DNA of 64,000 nt from Phycisphaerae bacterium (GTDB lineage Bacteria > Planctomycetota > Phycisphaerae > Sedimentisphaerales > UBA12454): assembly GCA_041661665.1 (NCBI GenBank), contig JBAZTW010000007.1, positions 961 through 64,960 on the forward strand. Direction: 5' to 3'. Numbering within the stretch: position 1 is the first letter of the stretch; every line of letters starts with the position of its first letter. The position numbers and the translations under genes were made by a program. Below, one piece after another: positions 26,440 through 35,821 of the stretch. Under the pieces are notes generated by a model. That model searched no databases, was not told where the DNA came from, and saw only the letters and a program-made list of their open reading frames with translations.

Positions 26440-27501
26440 ATGCGGAACTTAACAATTTACACAGATGGTGGAAGCAGAGGCAACCCCGGACAAGCGGCGG
26501 GTGCGTTTGTTATTCTTGATGAAAATAACAAACAAATTTATGCCGGGGCAAAATTTCTCACCGAAGCAACAAACAATATCGCTGAATATACAGGCCTTGT
26601 GGCTGCGCTCAAAAAGGCAGTTTCACTCAAAGCGGAAAATATAAAAATTTTCAGCGACAGCGAACTGATGGTTAAACAGCTCAAAGGCGAGTACAAGGTC
26701 AAAAACGAGGGGCTTAGAGAATTATTCAGCGATGCTAACGAACTGCTCGAAAAAATTAAAAACTGGAAAATAACTCACGTTCGACGTGAAAAAAATGAAA
26801 TTGCGGATACATTAGTCAACCGCTGCATAGATGCCCGCAGAGACATCGAACAAAACGCAGCTTCTTCAGGAAGCAATAAAAAAACAAAACACATAAAAAT
26901 AGGCCTTCTGCTCAGCGGCGGCGGCAGGACAATGACAAACATCCTCGACCAGATAAAGCGGAATAACCTCGAAGCTGAAATATCGGTGGTAATTTCATCA
27001 AGGTCTGATGCAGCAGGCGTTGACAAAGCAAAGGCCGCCGGGATACCTGTGGAAATTATCAGGAAAAAAGATTATCCGGATATTGAAGGGTTCAGCGGAC
27101 AAATTAAAAAAATTCTTGTCGCGGCAAAAGTTGACCTTGTTGTTCAGGCCGGTTGGCTGTGCCTGTGGAATATACCTGCCGAATTTGAAAACAGGGTAAT
27201 GAATATCCATCCCGCTCTTCTGCCGGCGTTTGGCGGACAGGGAATGTGGGGGCATCACGTTCACGAAGCGGTATTAAAGGCTGGTTGCAAAATCAGCGGC
27301 TGCACGGTACACTTTTGTACGAATGAATACGACAAGGGACCGATTATAGTCCAAAAGACCTGTCCGGTTTTGGAAAATGACGACCCTGATACGCTGGCTG
27401 CAAGAGTTTTCCAGCAGGAATGTATTGCTTACCCGGAAGCGATAAAACTTTTTTCGCAGGGCAAAATCAGCATTCGAGATAACAAAACAATTATAAAATA
27501 A
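26440..27501 (+). CDS. Fusion protein: RNase HI domain + phosphoribosylglycinamide formyltransferase (PurN) domain
   Basis: Residues ~1-130: IYTDGGSRGNPGQAAGAFVI, NNIAEYTGLVAAL, FSDSELMVKQL, REKNEIADTLVN (RNase H DEDD pattern). Residues ~155-353: IGLLLSGGGRTMTNIL, NIHPALLPAFGG, HEAVLKAGCKISGCTVHF (PurN). Confidence 0.85.
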   Translation: MRNLTIYTDGGSRGNPGQAAGAFVILDENNKQIYAGAKFLTEATNNIAEYTGLVAALKKAVSLKAENIKIFSDSELMVKQLKGEYKVKNEGLRELFSDANELLEKIKNWKITHVRREKNEIADTLVNRCIDARRDIEQNAASSGSNKKTKHIKIGLLLSGGGRTMTNILDQIKRNNLEAEISVVISSRSDAAGVDKAKAAGIPVEIIRKKDYPDIEGFSGQIKKILVAAKVDLVVQAGWLCLWNIPAEFENRVMNIHPALLPAFGGQGMWGHHVHEAVLKAGCKISGCTVHFCTNEYDKGPIIVQKTCPVLENDDPDTLAARVFQQECIAYPEAIKLFSQGKISIRDNKTIIK

Positions 27502-27508
27502 GCCTCCA

Positions 27509-27982
27509 ATGGACAGACGACAGAAAAAACTTGTTACAAATATCGTGGTTGTCATAGGGTTCACCATAGCTACGGTGGCGGGGTTTGCAAATGTGAAAAA
27601 CCTCATCAATCGCTCCGAAGCTATGCGGGCAATGGAACTGCTCAGCAAAGAAGTTATGTCGTACAAAAAAACTTATGGTTCGCTTCCGAGCGAAAATTAC
27701 GTCAGACAATTCGCTGAACAAATCGGAGCTGTAAGGCTCAGCGATTTTAAATACAGAGCGCAATGGATAGAATTCGGCTGCGATCCCAACGCGACCATAC
27801 TTGCTTACGCTGAAAAAAATTATATTGGACTTGTAAAGTCAGGCACTGCTGTGCTGTGGCTCGGAGGCAAGGTCGAATGGATAGACAAAAAACACTTTTA
27901 CGAAATAATGAAAGCACAGCAAAAGAAGCAGGAACTCCGGTGGATACAGGAACATCTGCGAGACGATAAAAACCAGCCCTAA
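27509..27982 (+). CDS. Hypothetical membrane-anchored protein
   Basis: One N-terminal TM helix (LVTNIVVVIGFTIATVAGFA). No family recognised. Confidence 0.5.
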   Translation: MDRRQKKLVTNIVVVIGFTIATVAGFANVKNLINRSEAMRAMELLSKEVMSYKKTYGSLPSENYVRQFAEQIGAVRLSDFKYRAQWIEFGCDPNATILAYAEKNYIGLVKSGTAVLWLGGKVEWIDKKHFYEIMKAQQKKQELRWIQEHLRDDKNQP

Positions 27983-29412
27983 TTTTCCAAATAAAGCATA
28001 TCGCCGGAATTTATCCTACTGGCCTGTGCAGCCTTTAAAATTATATCCTCTCTATGCAGTGCGAAAGATGCCGCCATTTCGATTGTGCAATCTGGAGAAC
28101 CATCCGGCTTTGTCGGAATTTTAATGCCTGCGGCTTTCAGCCAGTTAGCCGCTCTTGTGGTCATCATTTTTTTTGTTACAGCGGGGCTGTCGATGCCATC
28201 GGCGTTTTTCACCGGCGCAAATTCCTCGCTGCGAAGCGTTTCAAGAATTATTGATTTTTCCGCCAGAGACAGCGCATCAAAAACAAAAGTTTCAAGTTTT
28301 ATGCCATTTGGTTTTCCCGGGGAGATTTTTTCGCCGGTGTTTAAATCCACGTGCGATATTTTTTTCACAGCGCGATGATAAGGCAAAGCAAACCCCTTGG
28401 CGTTGAGCTGCTCAATAAATGTGCGATTGATAATATGAATCGCAATGCTGCCGAACGAGAACAGCAGCGAGCCGTCAGCGTTTTTCATTTGCGCCTGTTC
28501 ATCGGACAAGTCGCTGTATTCAATTACGGTAACCTTGCCGTCAATCATACAAAAGTTGCCGACCTTTTCCAGAGGATGCGCCTTTGTCAGAGCCTTTGAT
28601 GACATCTGCGAATTGTCAATCGCGTGCAAACCAACAAACAGCGGGTCAAAGATATTTATCAGCGGATTATCAACCTGAAAATAACTTATATATTCGATGC
28701 CGCGGGTTTTCATATCGGCAGCAGCGCCATTTTTATAAATCGCTTTTAAACTCCCGCCGTGGCCGTCAGGTGATGCGGCAAGCTCGTCTTTTTCGGCAAG
28801 AAGAATTTTGCCATCCGCAGAATAATTGACTTCAGTGCCCTGCTGAAAGAAAAAGATATTTGTTTTTTTCAGGCCGAAGAAATTATCTCGTTTGAAAATC
28901 TCCAGCGTCTGATTATGATTGAGCGGACTTGTCATTATGTACCAGGCAGGCTCGAATTTATATTTCGTCCCTGCCGCAGCAATCTGCTCGGCAAAAAGCC
29001 TGAACAGTGTTTTGTTTTTAATCGGGCTTATGGCAAAATCGCCTTTTGGCCCATCAAAACCGAGCCTCGTCCCCTGCCCGCCGGCAACCACAAAGGCGGC
29101 AACCTTTCCAGACGATATAATTTTCTGCCCAAGCGCGATTGCTTTGGCGTATTTTTCTTTTTGCTCGGCAGTCTTCGGCAAAGCTGGATAGACCGGCGCC
29201 GCTGAAAAATTCTTCGGCAATTCAAAAGGTGAAGCATTCACCGCATATTTCTGAATCTTATTATTAAGATTATCAAATTCAATCTCATCAATCTGATTTA
29301 ACAGTTTTATTTTTCCTGTGTCATCAAGCTGATTGAAAAAATTTAGAAGGTGAGCCTGATTAAATTTTTTTAATAACTGCAAAGTTGAATTGTATCTTTG
29401 CTGAATGTCCAT
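27979..29412 (-). CDS. UDP-sugar pyrophosphorylase of the UDPGP/UAP1 (eukaryote-type) family
   Basis: VVAGGQGTRLGFDGPKG nucleotide-binding loop, YFQVDNPL and PDGHGG motifs; 477 aa. Confidence 0.8.
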   Translation of the reverse strand: MDIQQRYNSTLQLLKKFNQAHLLNFFNQLDDTGKIKLLNQIDEIEFDNLNNKIQKYAVNASPFELPKNFSAAPVYPALPKTAEQKEKYAKAIALGQKIISSGKVAAFVVAGGQGTRLGFDGPKGDFAISPIKNKTLFRLFAEQIAAAGTKYKFEPAWYIMTSPLNHNQTLEIFKRDNFFGLKKTNIFFFQQGTEVNYSADGKILLAEKDELAASPDGHGGSLKAIYKNGAAADMKTRGIEYISYFQVDNPLINIFDPLFVGLHAIDNSQMSSKALTKAHPLEKVGNFCMIDGKVTVIEYSDLSDEQAQMKNADGSLLFSFGSIAIHIINRTFIEQLNAKGFALPYHRAVKKISHVDLNTGEKISPGKPNGIKLETFVFDALSLAEKSIILETLRSEEFAPVKNADGIDSPAVTKKMMTTRAANWLKAAGIKIPTKPDGSPDCTIEMAASFALHREDIILKAAQASRINSGDMLYLEN

Positions 29413-29452
29413 AACGTATATATCGTCCTAAAAATCAAAAATAACCACAGCA

Positions 29453-29551
29453 AAAAGGAAGTAAGGAAGTATTGAGGCAAGGATGCAAGGAAATCCTCAG
29501 CGATTGGCTGACTATCCTTACTTCTTGCTTCTTTGCTTCCTTACTTCTTTT
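29453..29551. repeat. CCTTACTT-word inverted-arm element downstream of leuB
   Basis: Left arm AAAAAGGAAGTAAGGAAGTATTGAGGCAAGGATGCAAGGAAA. Central hairpin TCAGC-GATTG-GCTGA. Right arm TCCTTACTTCTTGCTTCTTTGCTTCCTTACTTCTTTTT. Confidence 0.8.
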
Positions 29552-29558
29552 TATATTC

Positions 29559-30644
29559 TTATTCAGCCACCTTTTCGGCAACTAAATCGCCAACCTGCGA
29601 AGTTGAATAGCCCATCTTGCCTGCGGCCATACTTTTCATTTTGTTTGCGGTAACAAACTTCACTGCGGCATCGATTTTCTTCGCGGCTTTTTCTTCGCCG
29701 AGAGTGTCGAGCATCATTTCCGCTGCGCAGATTGCGGCAAGCGGATTGATAACGCCCATACCTGTATATTTCGGTGCGCTTCCGCCGATTGGCTCAAACA
29801 TCGAAACGCCCTCTGGATTAAGGTTGCCGCCTGCGGCGATGCCCATACCGCCCTGCGTTATAGCGCCGAGGTCGGTGATGATGTCGCCGAACAGATTACC
29901 GGTAACGAGAACATCGAACCATTCAGGACTCTTGACCATCCACATACACGTTGCGTCAACGTGATAATAATCTCTGCGGATATCGGGATATTCTTTTTGT
30001 CCCATTTCGTGGAACGCTCTTTCCCAGAGGTCATAAATAAATGTAAGCACGTTTGTCTTGCCGACGAGAGCGAGAGTATTTTCTTTACCTACTCCGCGAG
30101 CTTTTTTGCCGTACTTCCTTGCGTATTCAAATGCGTATTTCAAACATCTGTCAACCTGAAAACGATTGTAGACGGCAGACTGAACGGCAACTTCGTTTGG
30201 TGTGCCTTTCATTGTGAAGCCGCCTGTGCCGGTGTATGCATCGCCGGAGTTTTCGCGAATTACAACGTAATCAATTTCCTTCGGGCCTTTATCCTTTAGT
30301 GGACATTCAACACCGGGAAAAAGTCTGACCGGACGCAGATTGATATACTGGTCAAGCTCAAATCTTGCCTTGAGCAAAATTCCTTTTTCGAGAATGCCGG
30401 GCTTTACATCAGGATGGCCGATTGCGCCAAGCAGAATCGCATCGAACTTGCGGAATTCCGCAATTGCGCTGTCCGGCAGAGTTTCGCCGGTGCGTTTATA
30501 TCTTTCGCCGCCGAAATCGAAATTTGTCAAATCGGTTTTGAAACCGAATTTCGCTTCTGCCACTTTTAAAACTTTTACCGCTTCAGCCGTTACTTCCGGC
30601 CCTGTGCCGTCGCCGCCCATTACGGCAATCTTGTAAGTCTTCAT
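29559..30644 (-). CDS. leuB: 3-isopropylmalate dehydrogenase
   Basis: Isocitrate/isopropylmalate dehydrogenase family (YKIAVMGGDGTGPEV, NLFGDIITDLGA). Last gene of a leuA-leuC-leuD-leuB array. Start at MKTYKIAV; the longest ORF reaches 30695. Confidence 0.85.
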   Translation of the reverse strand: MKTYKIAVMGGDGTGPEVTAEAVKVLKVAEAKFGFKTDLTNFDFGGERYKRTGETLPDSAIAEFRKFDAILLGAIGHPDVKPGILEKGILLKARFELDQYINLRPVRLFPGVECPLKDKGPKEIDYVVIRENSGDAYTGTGGFTMKGTPNEVAVQSAVYNRFQVDRCLKYAFEYARKYGKKARGVGKENTLALVGKTNVLTFIYDLWERAFHEMGQKEYPDIRRDYYHVDATCMWMVKSPEWFDVLVTGNLFGDIITDLGAITQGGMGIAAGGNLNPEGVSMFEPIGGSAPKYTGMGVINPLAAICAAEMMLDTLGEEKAAKKIDAAVKFVTANKMKSMAAGKMGYSTSQVGDLVAEKVAE

Positions 30645-30680
30645 TTTACCCTTTCTCAAATTTAGTTGTGAGTTTAATTC

Positions 30681-30738
30681 TATATCAAAAATCAAAAATT
30701 AAATATCAAAATTATGGAATGCCTTCGGCATAACTATT
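30681..30738. repeat. 58-nt TTGATTTT-word arm plus GGAATGCCTTCGGCAT core (copy 1)
   Basis: TATATCAAAAATCAAAAATTAAATATCAAAATTATGGAATGCCTTCGGCATAACTATT. It is 56/58 identical to 31494-31551 by manual alignment. Confidence 0.85.
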
Positions 30739-30761
30739 AAATTGGCTTGTTTTGGTGTTTT

Positions 30762-30950
30762 TTATGCTTGTCCTTTCATTTTTGAAAGTTTAAGACTCGA
30801 AATAATTATCCCTGCAATAGAAAGTATCCATACATAAGGAAGATTTAAGACAATACCGACAGGAAGTCCTACGCAGGATACGACCAATGAATAGGTCAGT
30901 GTCCTTTTTCTAAACGCTCGAAATTCTGGCTCACTGTTCTGTCTTTCCAT
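30762..30950 (-). CDS. Possible small two-TM membrane protein inside the leu operon
   Basis: 62-aa ORF with two hydrophobic stretches. It sits in ~220 bp that separate the arm and core (30681-30738) from the matching right arm (30961-30991). Weak RBS. Confidence 0.3.
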   Translation of the reverse strand: MERQNSEPEFRAFRKRTLTYSLVVSCVGLPVGIVLNLPYVWILSIAGIIISSLKLSKMKGQA

Positions 30951-30960
30951 TATCTTTCCA

Positions 30961-30991
30961 TTTTTGAATTTTAATTTGTCATTTTGCTTTT
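30961..30991. repeat. Detached right arm of the leuD-leuB spacer element
   Basis: TTTTTGAATTTTAATTTGTCATTTTGCTTTT resembles TAAATTTTGATTTGTCATTTTGCATTTTAATTTTT at 31552-31586. Confidence 0.65.
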
Positions 30992-31474
30992 TTATTTTTT
31001 ATTTTTTATATGATTTAGCAGTCCGCCATCGTTGATAATTTCAATCGCGAAATCTGGCAGAGGCTTAAACTTTATTTCTTTTTTCTGCGTTTTATTGTTT
31101 ATCACGCCTTTTTTATAGTCGATTTCGATTTCATCGCCATCGGCAATGGCCTCGGTAGCGTTTGCCATTTCAATCGGATAGAAGCCGCAGTTGATGCAGT
31201 TGCGATAGAAAATCCGAGCAAAATTCTTTGCGATAACCGCACCGACTTTCGCGCCCTGCAATGCCCAGACAGCGTGTTCTCGACTTGAGCCGCAGCCGAA
31301 GTCATCGCCCGCGACGATACAGTCGCCGGGTTTACATTTTTTTATAAAACCCATATCAAGGTCTTCCATACAATGCGTCGCCAGTTCAGCAGTATCATCG
31401 GTATTCAAATACCTTGCCGGAATAATTTCGTCCGTATTTATATGGTCTCTTTTATAAACGTGAGCTGTTGACAT
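30992..31474 (-). CDS. leuD: 3-isopropylmalate dehydratase small subunit
   Basis: [27 protein letters not shown]; 160 aa archaeal-type short LeuD. Confidence 0.9.
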   Translation of the reverse strand: MSTAHVYKRDHINTDEIIPARYLNTDDTAELATHCMEDLDMGFIKKCKPGDCIVAGDDFGCGSSREHAVWALQGAKVGAVIAKNFARIFYRNCINCGFYPIEMANATEAIADGDEIEIDYKKGVINNKTQKKEIKFKPLPDFAIEIINDGGLLNHIKNKK

Positions 31475-31493
31475 TAAAAACTCCTTTAAGTTT

Positions 31494-31586
31494 TATATCA
31501 AAAATCAAAGATTAAATATCAAAATTGTGGAATGCCTTCGGCATAACTATTTTTAAATTTTGATTTGTCATTTTGCATTTTAATTT
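31494..31586. repeat. Complete TTGATTTT-word inverted-arm element (copy 2) in the leuC-leuD spacer
   Basis: Left arm plus core 31494-31551 (see 30681). Right arm 31552-31586. It abuts the leuC stop and the leuD SD (AAGGAG on the minus strand). Confidence 0.85.
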
Positions 31587-32852
31587 TTATAAGTATTTTC
31601 TACAATCTACCAACTTACCTTCAATTGCCGAAGCTGCCGCTGTCGCCGGACTTGCCAGATATACTTCGCTCTTTGGACTTCCCATTCTGCCGACAAAGTT
31701 TCTGTTGGTCGTGCTTACGCATTTTTCTGTGGCAGCAAGGATTCCCATAAATCCGCCAAGGCATGCCCCGCAGGTCGGTGCGCTAATCACGCAGTTGGCA
31801 GCGTAGAATACATCGAACAGACCTTCATCCATCGCCTGTTTCCAAATCTCAGGCGTTGCGGGAACAATGATTGTCCGTATCGCAACTTTTTTGCCTTTCA
31901 TTATCGCAGCGGCAATTCTTAAATCTTCAATTCTGCCGTTTGTGCAGCTTCCGATATAGGATTGATTCATTTTTAATCCTGCACAGTCGCCGATTTTCTT
32001 GCCGCCGCTTGGCAGATGCGGAAACGCAACCATCGGCTCTAATTTCGAGCAGTCAATTTCAAGAACACTTTCATATTTCGCGTCAGCATCGGATTGATAA
32101 ACCTTGTAATCAGTTTTTCTTTCCTTGAGATGCGCATCGAGATATTGCTTTGTCGTATCATCGAAACCGATAATTCCATTTTTGCCGCCGGCCTCGATTG
32201 CCATATTCGTTATGGTCATTCGAGCTTCCATCGACATATCCTTTAACGCCGGGCCGACAAATTCCATCGCTTTGTACAGCGCGCCGTCGGTGCCGATTTT
32301 CGCAATCACATCGAGTATCACGTCTTTGCTGTAGACGCCTTTTGAAAGTTTGCCGTTAAGAACAAATTTCATTGATGCAGGCACTTTGAACCACAGATTG
32401 CCTGTCGCAATAGCAGCGGCCAAATCGGTTGAACCAATACCTGTTGAAAATGCCGCAAAAGCTCCGTAAGTGCAGGTATGACTGTCGCCGCCGACGATTA
32501 CTTCGCCCGGACGAATATGCCCCTGTTCGGGCAGAAGCGCATGGCAAACGCCGGCTTTGCCGAGCGGATAATAATTTTTAATTTTCTTTTCTCTTGCCCA
32601 ATCGTCGAGCCGTTTATGCAGCTCTGCGGATTTTATATCCTTTGCAGGCTGAAAGTGGTCTGGCGTAACGACAATTTTTTCATTGTCGAAAACTTTATCA
32701 ACGCCCTTTTCCTTCAGCATTGAAATCGCCGCCGGCGTAGTTACATCGTGGCACATTATACAATCGATTTTCGCATCGATTATATCGCCGGGCTCAACGG
32801 TTTTCTTTCCTGCCGAAGCAGCAAGAATCTTTTCTGTTATTGTCATTCCCAT
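31587..32852 (-). CDS. leuC: 3-isopropylmalate dehydratase large subunit
   Basis: Aconitase family: [33 protein letters not shown], Cys ligands. Confidence 0.92.
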   Translation of the reverse strand: MGMTITEKILAASAGKKTVEPGDIIDAKIDCIMCHDVTTPAAISMLKEKGVDKVFDNEKIVVTPDHFQPAKDIKSAELHKRLDDWAREKKIKNYYPLGKAGVCHALLPEQGHIRPGEVIVGGDSHTCTYGAFAAFSTGIGSTDLAAAIATGNLWFKVPASMKFVLNGKLSKGVYSKDVILDVIAKIGTDGALYKAMEFVGPALKDMSMEARMTITNMAIEAGGKNGIIGFDDTTKQYLDAHLKERKTDYKVYQSDADAKYESVLEIDCSKLEPMVAFPHLPSGGKKIGDCAGLKMNQSYIGSCTNGRIEDLRIAAAIMKGKKVAIRTIIVPATPEIWKQAMDEGLFDVFYAANCVISAPTCGACLGGFMGILAATEKCVSTTNRNFVGRMGSPKSEVYLASPATAAASAIEGKLVDCRKYL

Positions 32853-32870
32853 TTTTTTAATATCCTTTAA

Positions 32871-32981
32871 TCACTGATTACGCTGATTCCACTGATAGGA
32901 AGCAAGGAAACAAGAAGTAAGGATGTAAGGAACGGCATCGTTGGCTTTCCTTACTTCTTTGCCTCTTTACATCTTTGCTTC
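32871..32981. repeat. CTGAT words followed by a CCTTACTT-word inverted-arm element in the leuA-leuC spacer
   Basis: TCACTGATTACGCTGATTCCACTGATA, then GGAAGCAAGGAAACAAGAAGTAAGGATGTAAGGAA - CGGCATCGTTGGC - TTTCCTTACTTCTTTGCCTCTTTACATCTTTGCTTC. Confidence 0.8.
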
Positions 32982-32984
32982 AAT

Positions 32985-34541
32985 TTATTTTTTGTTTGCC
33001 GCGGCCATTCTGTTAATCGCGTCAACATACGCTTTTGCGGAGGCTTCGATAATATCCGTCGAAATGCCTCTGCCGGTAAATCTTACGCCATCTTCATCAA
33101 GAACTTTTACGGTTGCTTCGCCGAGGGCGTCTTTTCCGCCTGTCACGGCCTTAATCGAATAATGGTCAACCTTCGGCGAAAGACCCGTAGCGATTCTTAT
33201 CGCTTCATACGCGGCATCAACCGGACCATCGCCGCAGGCAGCAGCGATAATAGGCTCAGCCTTACCTTTAATTTTCATTTTGACGCTTGCCGTCGGCAGA
33301 GTTCCAGTTCCGCAGGCAACGTGAAGATACTGAAGTTCAAAGGTTTGTTCAACACTTCGTCTTTCGTCGCCGACAAGAGCGGCTATATCTTCGTCAAACA
33401 CTTCTGTTTTTTTATCAGCAACTTCGAGAAACCGCTGATAAATCGTCTCAAGTTCGGTATCGGAAACTTCATAGCCAAGTTCAGCCAGCCTGTGCTTTAC
33501 ACCGTGTCTGCCTGTACGCGCAGTCAGCACAACCGCGCTCTTCGGCGAGCCTACATCTTCCGGCCTGATAATTTCGTAAGTGAGCGGATTTTTCAGGAAG
33601 CCGTCAACGTGAATTCCGCTGCTGTGTGCAAATGCGTTTGCGCCGATAATCGCCTTGTTCGGCGGAACAACGATGCCGAGCATTTCGGAAACCATTCTGC
33701 TGGTTTTGTAAAGCTCTTTGGCGTTTATTCCCGTATCGAGTTTGAAGAAATCTTTTCGCGTTCTAATCGCCATAATCGATTCTTCAAGTGAAGCATTGCC
33801 CGCTCGTTCACCAACGCCGTTAATCGTGCATTCAATCTGTCGCGCGCCATTTGCAACGCCGGCAAGCGTATTTGCAACCGACATTCCTAAATCATCGTGG
33901 CAGTGAACGCTGAACACCGCTTTTTTAGAGTTCGGCACATTCTTAATAATATCCGCAATCAATTTTCCGTATTGTTCCGGTATCGAGTAGCCGGTCGTAT
34001 CGGGAATATTAACCGTCGTCGCGCCTGCCGCGATTACCGCCTCGACAACTTTATACAGATATTCCCTGTCCGCCCTGCCGGAGTCTTCGCAGTAAAATTC
34101 GACATCATTAGTATATTCTTTGGCACGCTTGACAGCCTTTACGCCCATATCGAGAGCTTTTGCCTTTTTCGCTTCAAGAGTTTTGCCGTATTTATCATCC
34201 TTGAATTTGCTTGCGATGTGAATATCGCTTATTCCAAGGCCGGTATGAATTCGACCGCGCTTGGCTTTTTTCAAAGCAGCGCCGGCAGAATCAATATCCT
34301 TTTCAACCGCGCGTGAAAGTGCGCAGATTGTCGCCGTGCTTATCTCCTTTGCGATAAGCTGAACCGACTCAAAATCCTGCGGCGAGGAAATCGGAAAACC
34401 CGCTTCAATTACATCAACGCCGAGCCGGGCAAGCTGAACTGCCAGTTCGAGCTTTTCCCGAACGCCGAGCCGAGTACCCGCCGCCTGTTCGCCGTCTCTT
34501 AATGTTGTATCAAAAACTATCACTTTTTCTTCAGCAGACAT
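32985..34541 (-). CDS. leuA: 2-isopropylmalate synthase
   Basis: FDTTLRDGEQ, HCHDDLGMSVANTLAG, C-terminal LeuA dimerisation/regulatory domain; 518 aa. Confidence 0.93.
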   Translation of the reverse strand: MSAEEKVIVFDTTLRDGEQAAGTRLGVREKLELAVQLARLGVDVIEAGFPISSPQDFESVQLIAKEISTATICALSRAVEKDIDSAGAALKKAKRGRIHTGLGISDIHIASKFKDDKYGKTLEAKKAKALDMGVKAVKRAKEYTNDVEFYCEDSGRADREYLYKVVEAVIAAGATTVNIPDTTGYSIPEQYGKLIADIIKNVPNSKKAVFSVHCHDDLGMSVANTLAGVANGARQIECTINGVGERAGNASLEESIMAIRTRKDFFKLDTGINAKELYKTSRMVSEMLGIVVPPNKAIIGANAFAHSSGIHVDGFLKNPLTYEIIRPEDVGSPKSAVVLTARTGRHGVKHRLAELGYEVSDTELETIYQRFLEVADKKTEVFDEDIAALVGDERRSVEQTFELQYLHVACGTGTLPTASVKMKIKGKAEPIIAAACGDGPVDAAYEAIRIATGLSPKVDHYSIKAVTGGKDALGEATVKVLDEDGVRFTGRGISTDIIEASAKAYVDAINRMAAANKK

Positions 34542-34849
34542 ATTATGTCTCCTTTTTTAGCCTGAAACTGGAATTATGCAGCAAAAGTTAGAAAAATTCT
34601 ACTATTAAACTAAAAAAACAATATGGGAGATAGGGGAAAATTTTATGTGCGCCTTAGCGGCGCAAAATAAGGGCGAGCAGGCCGATAATTGCCTGTGAAT
34701 TGAAGCCGACATTTTTTGTCTGATTAACCATACGCCATAATGATACAATATCTGGAGGGTAAATACAAGAAAATTATTTGGGTAAAACTCCAAGCCGGGC
34801 TTGCAACTTACTTTTTAGATGTTAGTGTCGTGATTTTCGAGGCCATTTT

Positions 34850-35821
34850 ATGCCGAGCCAACTTGGTACAATATATGGTAATCTGGCTTGTTTAATTGAG
34901 GCCGGAGTGCCAATCGTCAGGGTTTTCAAGACCGTTGCCGCAGGACTTAAAGGCAAATATCGTTCTATAATCGAACAGATGACGCTTGATGTAAGTAGCG
35001 GCCAGTCCATCGCGGACAGTATGGCTAATTGTCATAACGTCTTTTCCAAACTGGACATAACGACTATTCGTGCAAGTGAGACCGCCGGAATGGTTGACCA
35101 GGCCTTTAAAAAACTGGCACGCTGGCATGAATTTCAGTACCGTATGAAACGAAGCTTAATCAATGGTATGTTAATGCCGGTGATGCTTATTCATTTGGCA
35201 GCTATTTTAGGGCCGTTCCCGGCATACATACTCGGCGCCCGCAACTTCGGCGAATACCTGTTATCTGCAATGCTTACCCTTACAACATTTTACATACCAT
35301 TAGCTATCATAGTTTTTATATGTAAATTTACGCCTGAAAAAGGCTCGGCAAGAATAGTGCTGGACTGGATAACCCTAAGAATTCCGGTATTAGGTGCTGC
35401 CGTAAAAGCCCTCAACATCGCCCGATTTACAAGAGCGTTTTCGATGCTATCTTCAGCGGCGGTACCGCCGGCCCAGGCTGCTGAACAGGCAGTGCTGGCA
35501 ACGGAAAACTATTTTGTCGCTTCCTGGTTTGCTCCGATGGCAAATTCCGCCCGCAACGGCAATCCGCTATCGGAAGGTCTTTCACCTAAAAATCTGGACG
35601 ATTATTATTTTCACAGTTGGCTCATCGGTGAAGAAACCGGCAGTATAGACAATGTAACCAACCGTCTGGCAGAGGTTTATCTTGAAAAGGCGGAAGAGCT
35701 TTTCTCGCATTTTTACACCTGGCTGCCCCGTTTGATATATTTTTATGCCGCAATTATAACCATAATCGGGATTTTCAAGGGATATGGAAAAATTTTAGAG
35801 TCCACTGGGGCTGGTTTTTAG
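34850..35821 (+). CDS. Type II secretion system F-family (GspF/PilC-like) membrane protein, short form
   Basis: Two T2SSF-like repeats (LIEAGVPIVRVFKTV...SGQSIADSM...ASETAGMVDQAF and FSMLSSAAVP...NGNPLSEGL...IGEETGSIDNV) with TM segments. It is 323 aa, with no neighbouring GspE/PilB ATPase. Confidence 0.7.
   Translation: MPSQLGTIYGNLACLIEAGVPIVRVFKTVAAGLKGKYRSIIEQMTLDVSSGQSIADSMANCHNVFSKLDITTIRASETAGMVDQAFKKLARWHEFQYRMKRSLINGMLMPVMLIHLAAILGPFPAYILGARNFGEYLLSAMLTLTTFYIPLAIIVFICKFTPEKGSARIVLDWITLRIPVLGAAVKALNIARFTRAFSMLSSAAVPPAQAAEQAVLATENYFVASWFAPMANSARNGNPLSEGLSPKNLDDYYFHSWLIGEETGSIDNVTNRLAEVYLEKAEELFSHFYTWLPRLIYFYAAIITIIGIFKGYGKILESTGAGF

Noticed and set aside
34542-34849. Leucine leader peptide, attenuator or T-box upstream of leuA.
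   Set aside because: I found no Leu-rich mini-ORF, no T-box sequence and no convincing terminator/antiterminator pair on the minus strand. There is only a small GCGCC..GGCGC hairpin.
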